DNA of 63,372 bases, filler included, from Craspedostauros australis (Eukaryota), in assembly GCA_030167865.1 (NCBI GenBank). It is 11 parts of 11 records of this genome, joined end to end, with 100 filler letters (N's around TTAATTAATTAA, not from the genome) between each part and the next. Parts side by side here need not be neighbours in the genome. Positions count along the whole stretch, not along the records: positions 33,515 to 47,936 come from JALAGF010001400.1; 10 more parts are not named here. One strand, written 5' to 3'. The notes beneath the pieces are model-generated. The model saw nothing but the letters and a program-made list of their open reading frames with translations. It searched no databases and was not told the origin of the DNA. Below, one piece after another: positions 33,415 to 45,423 of the stretch. A program made the position numbers and the translations under genes. The first letter of the stretch is position 1. Each line of letters starts with the position of its first letter.

Positions 33415-36038
33415 NNNNNNNNNNNNNNNNNNNNNNNNNNNNNNNNNNNNNNNNNNNNTTAATTAATTAANNNNNNNNNNNNNNNNNNNNNNNNNNNNNN
33501 NNNNNNNNNNNNNNTCTTTTGACATACGGACCTACTCATGGGATGCATTCCATCATTCTACGTTTGCCGGTGGATGCCGCCAGTGGAGTGTGGTGATCCC
33601 AGTCTTCTTTGTACGACATACTGAATTGTTTCCGCTAGCTACCACAAGCATGGGGGTGTTGGCATCTGTACACATGTACAATGCAGATGTCATCGACAGC
33701 AGCAACAGCTGACACAACAAACATCATCACAGCTCCGTAGTCATGAATCCACCATCAGCACGAAATCATACACACCACACGCTCGCGATACTGACAAATT
33801 CAGACAACAATTGGACAACACCATGCATTTTGTCAGTAGAAACCAAAAAATATGAATATAGCACGATAATTACACGATTCGGGAAATGGATGAACGCTGC
33901 AATCAGTCAGAAATCACGTTTTCACGACGCAACCAAAACGACAACACCAAAAAAATGCGCTTCGAAACGTAAAAAATGGAAAAGGAAAATTCACAACACG
34001 ACCAACGCGACGTGTCGGACAAACCCTTCGGAAGCCCGAAGGCGTCATCAGTTAACAACAACAATGGCATTGCATGAACCGACCATCATGATTGGCTGGT
34101 TGGTTCGTGGCGTTATGTCAACGATCTTATTTGGTGGGAACGCAATGATGTCTGCGACAGGTCACGAAGATACCGATGTCCACAACACGAGGGGAGTTCT
34201 CACGTTTCCCTTCAAACAAATATCGATTGCGTGCTTGTGAACACAAATAAAATGTCAAATAGAAAATCGATGTATCGTGATTTTGTCATTGCGTCGTTCT
34301 TTGCATGTTGCACGGTGTTCTATTTCGTCTGTGGAACTGAAGGACGGTTTGGACTTACCGAAGAGAGAGTGACGTCACACCAAGAATTAACCTTCCAGAC
34401 ACTCGAACAAGTGAAAGCACACGAACCAACTCTTGCACAGTGTTTCAGTGACAGAAACGTGGAGGCATGGCGCCAGACAAGCAGTCTAAATGTGGAGATG
34501 CTGTCCTCTGTTTTATGGTACGGTTTAAATGGTATCTACATACATTAGTATACCAATTATTGATGATACTGCGATGGGTACCGAAGGTCAACAAGGATGC
34601 GTCAGACCAGGGTGGGAGGCGACTGGGAAATTGGTCTCCCGCAGCTCCCAAAGTCGGCCACCACGACACGGTGTCGAACCGATGATAAAATAGATAAGTG
34701 GAAATCATTTCACAACGGAGGAATAGTAAGAGTATGGTGTAGAGTATGGCGTAGAGTATGGTGGACGTGTATCGGTAGTCGATGTTTGTGAGAACGCATG
34801 TACTATACTGGCCAATTCATTGTGGTACCAGTCGCACAAATGCCCGGACCACACTCGTCCCTGCATCGCAGAGAGTGACAGGTTGCGCAAGAGAGAGAAC
34901 GGTTCGCGAAAACAAGGAGCGAGAGGGCGATTCGTGAGCCGGAAGCAGCAAAAATCGATCTTGATTTCGCGGAAGTGTGTTTCGATGTGTCACCCTTTCG
35001 CGTCGCCAGCCACCATTTTGCGAGTTGTTGTGTCGTGTCGTGTCGTGTTGGTCACGGAGCACACTATTGACGACCACTTGGACCAATACGAACAGTGGCG
35101 AACCGTTCTTGATGTCTTGGCGAACGATTGAAACAGGGAATGGAGTACTGGAGGTCTTTGTTGGCGCTTCGGAAAGAGGGGGAGTCCGATAATTGGGACC
35201 AATCAAACCATCAGGCACACATTATTTTTATATCATATTAGTACGTATAGCTGCTCTTCTCTCTTGCTATTCCAACTGAGCTACTATACGAGCCATGAGG
35301 ATGCACGTCAGACCAACGAGGTTGTTGCTTCTCGATCTTTGCACAAAGATGTATTCTATAATATTTTGCTCTAACTTGCCTTTCATGCTTCTTCATGTTC
35401 GCCGTGAAATTCACGATGTCCTGATGTCAAAAAACAAGCAGTTCGATGGCATGACAAATGGATCCCCAATCAGTGATGTTGAGAATGTGATCTTGTCAAA
35501 TCTGACGCAGCTTGCATGTGGACGTTGGATGAAAATTGAAGTTCCTGGGAGTGCGATCAAGGGCATCCAGCCCACGTAACGTACTCGACCAAAGATGTTC
35601 CTAGTTGATGGGCGCCAAAAATAGGTGAGCAACGGCTGCGCCACGACCTCAACGGCAAACAATTGCCACACGTACAATCCGCGATCAATTTTTTTGCAAG
35701 TGAAACCAAAAGATCATGTTGTCATTGGTGGTGATGCGGAGGTCGAAGGGACCTTGATCAGCGTGACACACCACCGATGTGATGCTCGGTTGACGTGATG
35801 TCACGCTTGATGCATGATCGCATCTCTATTGCCTCTCCATCATTCCCTTCCTCTCTGTCTGCCTGCTCTCATAAATTGCGATCCATCACTTCCGTGGCAC
35901 CCACATCAAGCAACTCTCCTTCGTCTCTGTTCATACTATCACGCACCTGCAGCATCGCCCACACGATCCATCACCACATCAACGAAGGTGACCGACCATA
36001 CATACCATACAGAAGAAAGGACCACGTACCATCCAGCC

Positions 36039-36410
36039 ATGGACGATTCAAACCGATCTGACCAAGTGCAACAGCAGCGGACGCTGTGCCTTGGCGTGAA
36101 AGAGAATGCCCTGGATCCCAACAACGATTTCGTCCTGACCCTGCACGAATGCTTCGACTGCAGCATCTTGTCGTGCGACGAGTTCGATCCAACCGCATTC
36201 GAAAAGGAATACCGCGTTCGTTACGACGACAGCGATTTCAGTGACGACGAGAGCTTCGACACGAGCTACCTTCGACGACACGACACGCAGAATGAACCCC
36301 GCGTCGAGAGCGAATTCATTTACTCGTACAACGAGCTGCAGTCGAGGTATGCGTACGGCGTGGAGGTCAGCGCAACGATAAGAAAGAAGAAGACACCACA
36401 GAAGAAGTGA
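36039..36410 (+). CDS. Small hypothetical protein
   Basis: ATG after a CA-rich leader, codon style like host genes, ORF MDDSNRSDQ...KKKTPQKK. No domain recognised. Confidence 0.45.
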   Translation: MDDSNRSDQVQQQRTLCLGVKENALDPNNDFVLTLHECFDCSILSCDEFDPTAFEKEYRVRYDDSDFSDDESFDTSYLRRHDTQNEPRVESEFIYSYNELQSRYAYGVEVSATIRKKKTPQKK

Positions 36411-37368
36411 TGCGGACGCTGCGATCGGCGCGAGCTATGGCAGCGGCTGCAAAGGGCGTTATGTGCAATGGCATGATGCAATATGCCGAGACAAGCGCCG
36501 GCGGCTAGGTTCTTGGTCGCTTCGAAATCATTGCGGTCGCGACATCCTTTTTCGAAAGCAAGGTGCTCTATTTCACAGACTCGCTGAAAGGGGGTCCGTA
36601 TAGTAGAGTGGACGGGCTACAAGCTATGGTGCACCGCGAATACGATGCTACTCCTACCATTCTATTCCCAGATGGAGGAGCACCGGAGTTAGACTTTTCC
36701 GCTCTGACACAAAGGCCAATACTGTGCAGCGCGATACTGTAGCGACCAGATTTCAAAAACGCCTCAATTGTTCACTCCTTTTCTGAGAATTTTCCCGTGA
36801 TTGACACCATTTAAACAAATTCTGCTCGAAAACGTCAGATTCATGTGAAGCGTTAAGTACTAGTGCGCTCCGTCCGTTGCAACGGAACATGATGTATCTC
36901 AGCGACATGGAACACGACATCCAACACAGGCATGTATTTTTGGCGCTTAGCGACAAAATCGGTCGTGCAAAGTCGTTGCAGCCACGACAGATCGGAGGTT
37001 TACAACTGGAAATGACACGAGCAGTTCTCGTTTCGTGCTCGGTGTTGCAACGGATGTTCGCTGAAGAGCGTTTGCTGCAGTCCGCGGACGGCAAACGAAG
37101 TAGCTCGCCTGGTGTTGTATGTACCAACATGCATCCATCACCATTCCCGTTGAGTCCATCGACCGATTGCCGCCTCTTCCGCTCCGCCAACACAATTGTA
37201 TTGCCATTGCGACTCGACCCTGTTGGTATTGCCATTGTGATAGCTTGTAGAATACTATACTCCGCCATACTATACCCAAACAGATCCAAACCTACCGACA
37301 CCCTCATACCGATACAGACGCTCATACCAATACGCGTACGACCTCGCTCATAGCACCGCCAACAAACC

Positions 37369-38490
37369 ATGACCGCCGCAACGGGCACCGTGGCACCAGC
37401 GTGCGGCCCGACGTACGACGATGACCTCATGAACCCGGACAACGATCTGATGGCGGGACTGCAGCAGTGCCTGATGTGCAGCATCATGTGCGACGGCACG
37501 GACGAACGCGCGTTGGCGCAGGTGTACGAGAATGAGATCGCGCAGGCCATTGCGGACGATGATTCGACGCGATCGGACGACGAGGTGCGGGACAACGCCG
37601 TGGAGGATGACAGCGTGGTGGACGACGACAGCGTGATGCTCGTGGACAACGTGGTGCGCGCGCCGTTCAGCGACATTCCCTCCGACGATGACGACCACCG
37701 ATACGTCGACGGCCAGGTGCTGGCCAGGAAGAAGCAGCCGCAATCGCCGGCATCCGTGGCTTCGGCACACGAGATCGAGTCGCGGCAGAACAGCGACGTG
37801 CAGGACGATGCCACCATCCGCGCTCCGTCGTCGATTCGCAAGGCCGGCGAAGAGAAGAAGGACGATGACACCCAGCAGCTATCGATGCTCAGCATGGATG
37901 TGCCGGACGATGAGGCCAAGGCGGATCAGCGCCAATCTCCGACGCAGCGGGACGTGTTTCATCACGAAGCGAACAGCCTGCTGGAACTGCCCAAGCGCGT
38001 TGCCACGAGGGACGAGGCCGACAACGACGAAGAAGACAAGGTCGTCAACGTCAATGAGGATGGTGACCAGAACGCGCTTGGATTCGTTGCATTCGACGAC
38101 GACGACGGTCAAGAGAGCCAAGTGGCGACGGCGCAACCAGAAGTAGAGAAAGAAGAAGAAAATGATGATGACGCTGCCACGGCAACGGCAACAGAACAAG
38201 CGCCCTTCCCAAATCCCAAGAGTGAATCGCAGCAAGAAGAACAGCAGGGCGATGATGATGATGTTTTTGCTGATGTTGATATCGAGGATGAGGACGAGGC
38301 AGCCTCCAAGACCTTGCCAATCAACCCCACGCCCACCAGCACGTCCGCCGACACGGAAGAGGTGAACAAATGGGACGACGAGCGCAAATATGTGGAAACG
38401 GTCGTGGACGACAAGAAGAAAAAGAAGAAGAGCAGGTTGAAAAAGATGAAGTCCGGCTTTGCCAACCTCTGGAAGAAGGCGAGAAAGTAG
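37369..38490 (+). CDS. Acidic low-complexity protein with basic C-terminal tail
   Basis: 373-aa D/E-rich ORF in aaaccATG context, ending KKKKKKSRLKKMKSGFANLWKKARK. Confidence 0.7.
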   Translation: MTAATGTVAPACGPTYDDDLMNPDNDLMAGLQQCLMCSIMCDGTDERALAQVYENEIAQAIADDDSTRSDDEVRDNAVEDDSVVDDDSVMLVDNVVRAPFSDIPSDDDDHRYVDGQVLARKKQPQSPASVASAHEIESRQNSDVQDDATIRAPSSIRKAGEEKKDDDTQQLSMLSMDVPDDEAKADQRQSPTQRDVFHHEANSLLELPKRVATRDEADNDEEDKVVNVNEDGDQNALGFVAFDDDDGQESQVATAQPEVEKEEENDDDAATATATEQAPFPNPKSESQQEEQQGDDDDVFADVDIEDEDEAASKTLPINPTPTSTSADTEEVNKWDDERKYVETVVDDKKKKKKSRLKKMKSGFANLWKKARK

Positions 38491-38985
38491 ATTGGTGAGA
38501 AACCTTGCTCCACAGACTCCTAGACAATTATTATATAATGTTATAATATATTTTGCACTCGATGTGTTGCATTGCATCACATTCGTAGAATCATAACGTG
38601 CGTGCGCGCGTGAATGTCTTCTGGAGCGGAGTATACATCAATGTGCGTATACCATGTTCTAGCATGGCTAACACGTTGTCACTGTCTATTGGTGGTCAGA
38701 AGAGAGAGGGAGTCATCGAATTGTTGGACCCAACATGTTGAAAATGTCTCTACTCTGGAAGATAGCCTATGGAGAGGGACGCACACGTCAGCACATCCCG
38801 ACGTCACAATTTTGGCCAACAACAACGTGTCGCTTGTTTCTTGTGTCCAACTTCGCGGTGTCTCGCGGTACGGTAAAATGGCGTTGTTGCAGTTGTTGGT
38901 GTTGGATCAACGCACGCCACAATTTACGCACAAAAAAAGAAGAAATCTGTTCTTCCACCTCCATTGAAGAACGAAGAAGACGACA

Positions 38986-40115
38986 ATGAAGTTCCTCGCC
39001 GCCGCCTCGGCGCTGCTCGCCACCACGGCCCACGCTGCCTCCAGCGCTCCATTCTCTTACGATCCAGAATCACCCGTCGGTCCCCAGAACTGGCACAACC
39101 TTCCCATCGATGGCAACGCCTGCGGAGGCCGATCCAACAGTCCCATCGCCATCGAATCCAAGACGACCTGCGATCGTTACGAGGATTATGAATTCAAGGT
39201 GCGCATTGGATGAATCCATTGATTGGGCGTTTGAGTGTTTGGGGATTGTGAGTGGTGGATTGCGAGTTATTGGTTGCTTGAGTCCACTCGAGTTGAGTAG
39301 GCTTGAGTTGTGTATCGTTGGATGTGCCAAATCCACTCATACGTACGTAATATCCCTTCCTCCCATCAATCCACAATCATCAACAATGACACGAACAGAA
39401 CGGCGACTGCACGTTCGCCAAACTGCAATACAGCCTGACCAACACGGGCGTCAAGGCCTCCTTCCCGGCCGACGAGGACAACTGCAACCGCCCGCAGGTG
39501 CGCATCCCGGGCGTCGCGGGACTTTACGAGGCCCTGCAATTCCACATCCACACGAGCTCGGAGCACACCATCGACGGCAAGTTCTACGGCGCCGAACTGC
39601 ACGCCGTGCACCAGGAGATCACGACGGGCGAGCGCTTCGCCGTCGTCGGCATGATGATCCAGCCCGATGGCACCGTCGGCAACGGCTTCTTCGAGGAGCT
39701 GCTGCGCGGGTGGGAGCACGTGCTGGAAGAATCCGAGGCGTTGTGTGGTATGAACGCCAACACGCGACGACGTCAGTTGGCGGGGCACGATGATCACGGC
39801 GATGAGCCCATCGTGTTTTCACCCTACGAGCTATTGGAGCGTGACGACGTGTCCTTCTATCATTACGATGGCGGACTCACGACACCTCCGTGTTCCGAGG
39901 TCGTGTGGTGGAATTTGGCGGATGAACCGCTGTCCATCTCCGTCGATCAGTACATGCGGTTGGTCGAGTTGGTCATTGGCTACATCGATCCAAACACCTG
40001 CAAGCTGGGTACCAATGCCGGACCTGTTGGCAGCACCAGCCGCCCAGTCCAGCCCACCTTCGGACGCACCGTCGAACGCGTCTGCCCCACCTCCATGATG
40101 GAAACGTCCAACTAG
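38986..40115 (+). CDS. Secreted alpha-carbonic anhydrase, 2 exons (38986-39198, 39399-40115)
   Basis: Signal peptide MKFLAAASALLATTAHA, then FSY...GPQNW, SPIAI, Zn ligands QFHIH and ELHAVH, SEHTIDG, YDGGLTTPPCSEVVWW and RPVQP. Phase-0 GT-AG intron at 39199-39398. Confidence 0.93.
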
Positions 40116-40516
40116 AACCAGCTGCAACCTCGACAGTTCAATAGCCATAGTAGTAGACTATTCTAACATTTTGAAATAGAACAGGACAAGTACCTGAACA
40201 CTGCCACTGGCACAATGCTTGTATTGGAGAGGCTGCAAGTACGTATGTAAAACGAAGTTTGACGCATGTCTTGCGATGCACGAGTTGTCGGATACAATGC
40301 AGTGATACGAGGGCGTTCGACATGCGTAGCCGTTCTACTACTCCACACAGTTACTCAACGAATACAGCACTCCCATTGACAAACTCACTGACGAACTTAC
40401 GAACTTAATGATCGTGCTACATACATCAAGTACGTATGAATGCATACTGGTAGTAGTGCAAGCGTCTGATCATTCCCCACGCGAAGAGTGCAAACATTTG
40501 CTCTCTCTCTCTCTCT

Positions 40517-42676
40517 CTAGGCACACGCCTTCAACGACGATCCACCGCAGACATTGTCCAACTTTGTCATCATCTCACGCTTCTCAGTTGGGATGAGGTT
40601 GGCGGCATGCTGCAGGACATTGATGTACACCTTGATATCGTCCTGGATGGCGCAGCAAATGGCCTTGCTCGTCGAGGCGCTATAGCCCTTCGTCTTCTTC
40701 TTGTACGTCGCGCTGTCGCCCATCTCCTTGAAATGCACCATCAGCGGCATTTGATCGTTACCTTCCCCGATCTCGTGACGCACCGGCACGCCGTTGGGTG
40801 GCAGGACCGCCTTCTCGTTGCGGCTCAAGTAGCTTTCCAGATTCTGCAGATCGCGTTCGATGTGCTCCTGGTTGACGACCAGCACTTCGAGGGGCGGGAA
40901 TTCGTTGGTCAGGCTCGGAATGTCGCCGTGATATTGCGACGTCGTCACAGTGTCTTCCACGACCACCATCTTATTGCGCGCCGACGTGGCGTACTTCTCG
41001 TCCGAGTAAGACTCGACGCGCCTGGTGAAGTTCATTTGCTTATCGAAGTACCCGTATCCAAAATGCAGATGGTCGTACGTGCCATCCGGTACACCGACTC
41101 CCAGCGCCTTGCGCGCCAGGATCGAACAGGATTTCTCGTACTTGAGGGAGTTGGTGCGGCTGTCGTGCACGCCGCGGAAGGACGATGATCGCAGCGCGGT
41201 GCCCACGTCCTCGATGGTGTCGAAGCAGTTGCCGTAGAAATCGGCAAGGAAACCATCCTTGGCCGTCTTGCTGAGGCAGGACGGCGGAGCCTCCTTGGCG
41301 TTCCTCTCCAGAGCCTGCCCTTCGTAGGGACAGTTGTCGGGATGCATGGAATCGAACCACGACACGACGCGATCGACGGGGTTGCGCAACGTCCAGACCT
41401 GCGTCGTGACGTCGGTGGTGTACTGCGGCTTCACGGGAGAATCCGAGGCGACGAAGCCGATGCTCTGCTGAGACAGCTTGGTCTCGGGGAGCTTGCTGGC
41501 ACGCTTGCGACATCGCACGCGATCTATGGGCTGGTTGAGGAATCGGCAGAAGCCACGGTTGTTGGCACGCACGGTGGAGCCGCCCGTCCTGCCAACGTGA
41601 ACGAGGACGATCCTGCGCTTGGCGTCGAGGAGGGGCAGGGTGGAGGTTTTGACGAGCTTGTCGCGGATGACGTAAGAGGCGCGCGTGGCCTTGCTGGATC
41701 TGGGTCCGCCGCTGAGGAAGAAGTACCAGAAGACGAAGGCGTAAAGGCAGTACCTGGCCAGCTTTTGATTCTTGAGGGTGATGGAGATTTGGCGGATGCA
41801 GACCTGCAGCACTTCGAGGAGCCTGGACACGACGCCCGTGCGCTGCGGGTCGTTCTTCTGCTGCCATTCCTGAATCTTGAACATGGCCGTGGCAACGCCC
41901 TTGTCGGCCTGCTGCAGCGCCTTGTCGCGGTATTGCAGGGCACGGTGCATGTGGGGGGACTGCTGGGCGGCGCTCCAGTATTGCACCGTTTTCGTGTGGA
42001 TCTTGGCATGCATGTCGATCGCATCCTTCTGCAGCTTCTTCCTCCTGTCGGATTCCCAGGCCTGGTTGGCCTGCAGGTAGAGCTGCTGCGATGTGCGCTT
42101 GGTCGTGAGGATGGCGCGTTGCGTGGTGGGCGATGCCAGGGCCTGTTGGAAGGCGTGCGACACGGTGGACCCGCAGGCGTAGAGGCGGATCATGAGGGGC
42201 CCTGTGGTCTCGTGCTGCTCCAGAGCGAACTTGGCCTTGCGCAGCTGCAGCATGAGAGATTGCACCTGCGGCAGATTCCACACCAGCAGGACGTACCGCA
42301 GGACGAAGGCGTGGGCGAGCTTGAAATGGCGCACAACGACAGCGACGGGGGATGCATCATCAGCTGCACCGGCGTTGGCGTTGCTGCCCTTCTTGTCGTC
42401 GGCGTCCGCACTTCCTGCCTGGACAGAGGTCGCGCCGCTGGTGTTCGGGGAGCCATCCATCGATGCCATCAAGGGCTCCGTATCATCATCCTCGCTTCTG
42501 GAACGGCTGCGCAGCATGCTCGGCGATGAAGCCGCAGTGACCGTCGCAGTTGAAGCGGTGGCTTCGGTGGTGATGCCCACCGAGTGGTCCTCGGGATCCA
42601 ACGAAGTGACCGTCATCATGCTGTGATGTCCGTCGTTGTGCCCATCAAAGGACGAAAACGCATCGTTGCTGGACAT
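40517..42676 (-). CDS. Type II membrane protein with sulfotransferase-like luminal domain
   Basis: TM YCLYAFVFWYFFL, 5'-PSB-like IVLVHVGRTGGSTVR and 3'-PB-like TLRNPVDRVVSWF. First ATG at 42676. Confidence 0.7.
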   Translation of the reverse strand: MSSNDAFSSFDGHNDGHHSMMTVTSLDPEDHSVGITTEATASTATVTAASSPSMLRSRSRSEDDDTEPLMASMDGSPNTSGATSVQAGSADADDKKGSNANAGAADDASPVAVVVRHFKLAHAFVLRYVLLVWNLPQVQSLMLQLRKAKFALEQHETTGPLMIRLYACGSTVSHAFQQALASPTTQRAILTTKRTSQQLYLQANQAWESDRRKKLQKDAIDMHAKIHTKTVQYWSAAQQSPHMHRALQYRDKALQQADKGVATAMFKIQEWQQKNDPQRTGVVSRLLEVLQVCIRQISITLKNQKLARYCLYAFVFWYFFLSGGPRSSKATRASYVIRDKLVKTSTLPLLDAKRRIVLVHVGRTGGSTVRANNRGFCRFLNQPIDRVRCRKRASKLPETKLSQQSIGFVASDSPVKPQYTTDVTTQVWTLRNPVDRVVSWFDSMHPDNCPYEGQALERNAKEAPPSCLSKTAKDGFLADFYGNCFDTIEDVGTALRSSSFRGVHDSRTNSLKYEKSCSILARKALGVGVPDGTYDHLHFGYGYFDKQMNFTRRVESYSDEKYATSARNKMVVVEDTVTTSQYHGDIPSLTNEFPPLEVLVVNQEHIERDLQNLESYLSRNEKAVLPPNGVPVRHEIGEGNDQMPLMVHFKEMGDSATYKKKTKGYSASTSKAICCAIQDDIKVYINVLQHAANLIPTEKREMMTKLDNVCGGSSLKACA

Positions 42677-43134
42677 GATCGATGTCTGACACACCCTCGT
42701 ATCAATGGTGATGTTGCGTTCTGTTGGAATGTGAACACGGCGTCAATCGAAGCAGACCACACCGATGTCGGGCCAAGAGAGATGGAATGGGAATGTGATG
42801 GAATACCAGACTTTATTCCTCTCTTCTTTTGGTTCGATTTGGTTCGATTTGATTTGGTCTTCGTACAAGAAGGCAGTTGGAGCTGCTCTCCGCTTGGACG
42901 AACACAAAAAGCAAAGAAATCACGCGCCAAATTTGTTCCGTCGTTGATTTGGGCTCGGTTTGTGAGTTGCAGGATCGCAATTGACGACGTTTTGGAGGAA
43001 GCATCGATGACTCGAATCCGGTCATTTGCGGATCGCTATCTTCGAGATCGCATGAGTCGAGAGTCTCAGACACTTCACGACCAAATTGAGGGAATCATGA
43101 GTTTGTGAGTCGCGAATCATGGAGAACCACGCAA

Positions 43135-43271
43135 ACGTCACATCTTCTTGTTCCGTGAGATGCCAGAACTATCGCGGTGACGTAACCCAACCACACAACT
43201 CCCACCAACTGACGTCACGTCGAGAATGAAGCAATTTGAATTCGAAATTGCATGACACAACACACACGTCA
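43135..43271. promoter_or_regulatory. Cluster of TGACGT/ACGTCA (CRE/CCRE-like bZIP) motifs in a divergent promoter
   Basis: ACGTCA at 43135, TGACGT at 43178, palindromic TGACGTCA at 43210 and ACGTCA at 43266. Confidence 0.45.
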
Positions 43272-43502
43272 TGTCACATTCCCTCGCCCGGCATTCAACT
43301 CGCTTTCGCGACGTGACACCTCTTGTGTCTGCATCCACCCTTCAAGAGACACAAGGGAACGTCTTCCTCGGATCATTCATAATTCAAGATACGAGTGGAA
43401 GAGCACTCCACCACCATACTCATACAATACGAAGATCACTCTGCTCCATACCATCAATACCATCTATTCCATCAACAAGACCAATAACATCAAGAAAGAA
43501 AG

Positions 43503-45423
43503 ATGAGATTGTCGTCACCTGCATCCGCGCTGGCCCTGCTGGTGGGAGTTGCATGCAGCACATCATCGACTCAGGCATTTCAGGCACCTGTCACAACGAC
43601 TGGAAGAGTAGCACAACAGCAACAGCTGCAGCAACATCGATATGGGGACGTTCGCGTTGCGTCCCATGGCATCATCGCATCACAGCCATCATCGGCATCG
43701 TCATCGTCGTCGGCAGCAGCAGCATTGTCAGCAACAAGAAGTGCGCTGCGAATGTCGTCGTCCGTTTCTGGCGACAACGTCAACGAAGTGCGACACGATG
43801 ACACCTCCACCATCCTGCAGTCCTCCATCATCGTGGGCACCATCACCGCCGCCATCGGCTTCCTCTACGGCAAGGCCCTGTCCACATCCGTCGACCTCCT
43901 CTGGAAGAAGTTCCCGGTCTTCCTCACGAACGCGCTGGGTCTCGAGGCCCTCAATCCCGTCATCTTCATCACGGCCATGTGCACCTTCGGCGGCGCCCTG
44001 CTGGGCACGCTGAAATCGTTCCCCACATTCGGATCGTCCTTCACCGTGGCCGATTTCGTCAGCGCCTTCTCGTCCGTCCCGGCACGCGCCGCCAAGCTGC
44101 CCGCGAGTCGATCCAACGTTCTGCCCTTGCTGACGCTGTCGTTGCTGACCTCGACGTTCGGCTTTTCCATCGGCCCCGAAGCGCCCATGGTCTGCACGGG
44201 AGGATTGATCGGTGCCACCATGGCACGCCGGTTGTACGGCAAGGAGACCGTCACGGAAAAGCAGATTGAGACCTTAGCGTATGCCGGAGCTGGTACGTAC
44301 TGGAGAATTGTGGTAGGGTGTTGTGGTGCTATTTCATGGAATGCAACAGCTGTGGTGCCTGCTCAAATAGTGACACGCTCTATTTCTGCTGAATATTGTC
44401 GCATGCTCACCCATTCTCATGTCATTCATTTATGTCATTCATTTATGTCACTCATTTATGTCACTCATTGACGACTCCCTCCCTGCAATATTCCGCATTC
44501 ATATGTGCAAAACAGCCGGATCGCTGACAGCTTTCATGGGAATTCCAATCGCCGGGTCCATCTTCGCCCTCGAGATGACCAGATCTTCCGCCGGTCTCTC
44601 CAGCGGTGCACGTGATGCCTTCTCACCTGCCATCGCGGCCAGTCTCGCAGGTCTCGTCTTGCTGCGCGGTGTCCTCATTCCATCTGCCACGGTCGGTGGT
44701 CACTTCTCGTACGGTGCCCTGGGTGCCGTCACGGGTGGTGCCATGCTTTCTGCGGCTGTCCTGTCCGGTTTAAGCGGCGCCTTGATCGGCACCACCTTCC
44801 ACAAGGTCGTCAAGTTCATGAAGTCGTTCCTGTGGCCTGCCAACAAGCCCAAGTGGACATGGAAGCGTCAGGTCGCCGTCAAGATCATGATCGGATTGGC
44901 CGTCGGACTTCTCAGTTCCCAGTTCCCGCAGACCCTGTTCTGGGGTGAAGGCAGCCTGCAGTGCGCCATCGACGGACAGCAAACCGCATTCGCCGCCACG
45001 CACCATGGACTGTCGGCCGCCTTGACCAGCGCCGCGCAAGTCAATCCTTCCCTCCCATTCGCCTCAGCCGGCGCCGCCTTCAAGGTCGGCATGGCCAAAT
45101 TGGTCGCCATCATCCTGGCCTCGGCTGGCAAATTCCCGGGTGGCATCATCTTCCCGCTCTTCTTTGCTGGTGCACCGTTCGCGCACGCCATGGGCATGGC
45201 CATGAACTCCTCCGTCATTCCCATCATGGTCATGGGTGTCATGGCCTCGGCGCAGGCTGCCGTCACACGCACACCATTGGCCAGCGCCCTCATTCTGAGT
45301 CTGTCAGCGTCGCCCACCACGCCAATCAGCATCATGTTCCCGGCCTGTTTGGTGTCGTGCTACACGTCCGTGTGGATCGCCCAGCTCGTGTCCAAGAATT
45401 CGTACTTCCAGTATGCGGATTAA
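43503..45423 (+). CDS. Plastid-targeted CLC chloride channel/transporter (prokaryote-like, no CBS domains), 2 exons (43503-44292, 44516-45423)
   Basis: Bipartite pre-sequence with TQA-FQAP (ASAFAP-like). CLC motifs GFSIGPEAP, AGAAGSLTAFMGIPIAGSIFALE, GGIIFP and VTRTPLAS. Phase-1 GT-AG intron at 44293-44515. Confidence 0.88.
44416..44470. repeat. 13-bp intronic tandem repeat (GTCAYTCATTTAT), about 4 units
   Basis: Direct reading inside the CLC intron. Confidence 0.85.

Noticed and set aside
41040..42529. Long overlapping ORFs (41040-42281 -, 41342-42529 +; likewise 22618-23646, 27324-28172, 36753-37919)
   Set aside because: Shadow frames of GC3-rich real genes with no motifs of their own.
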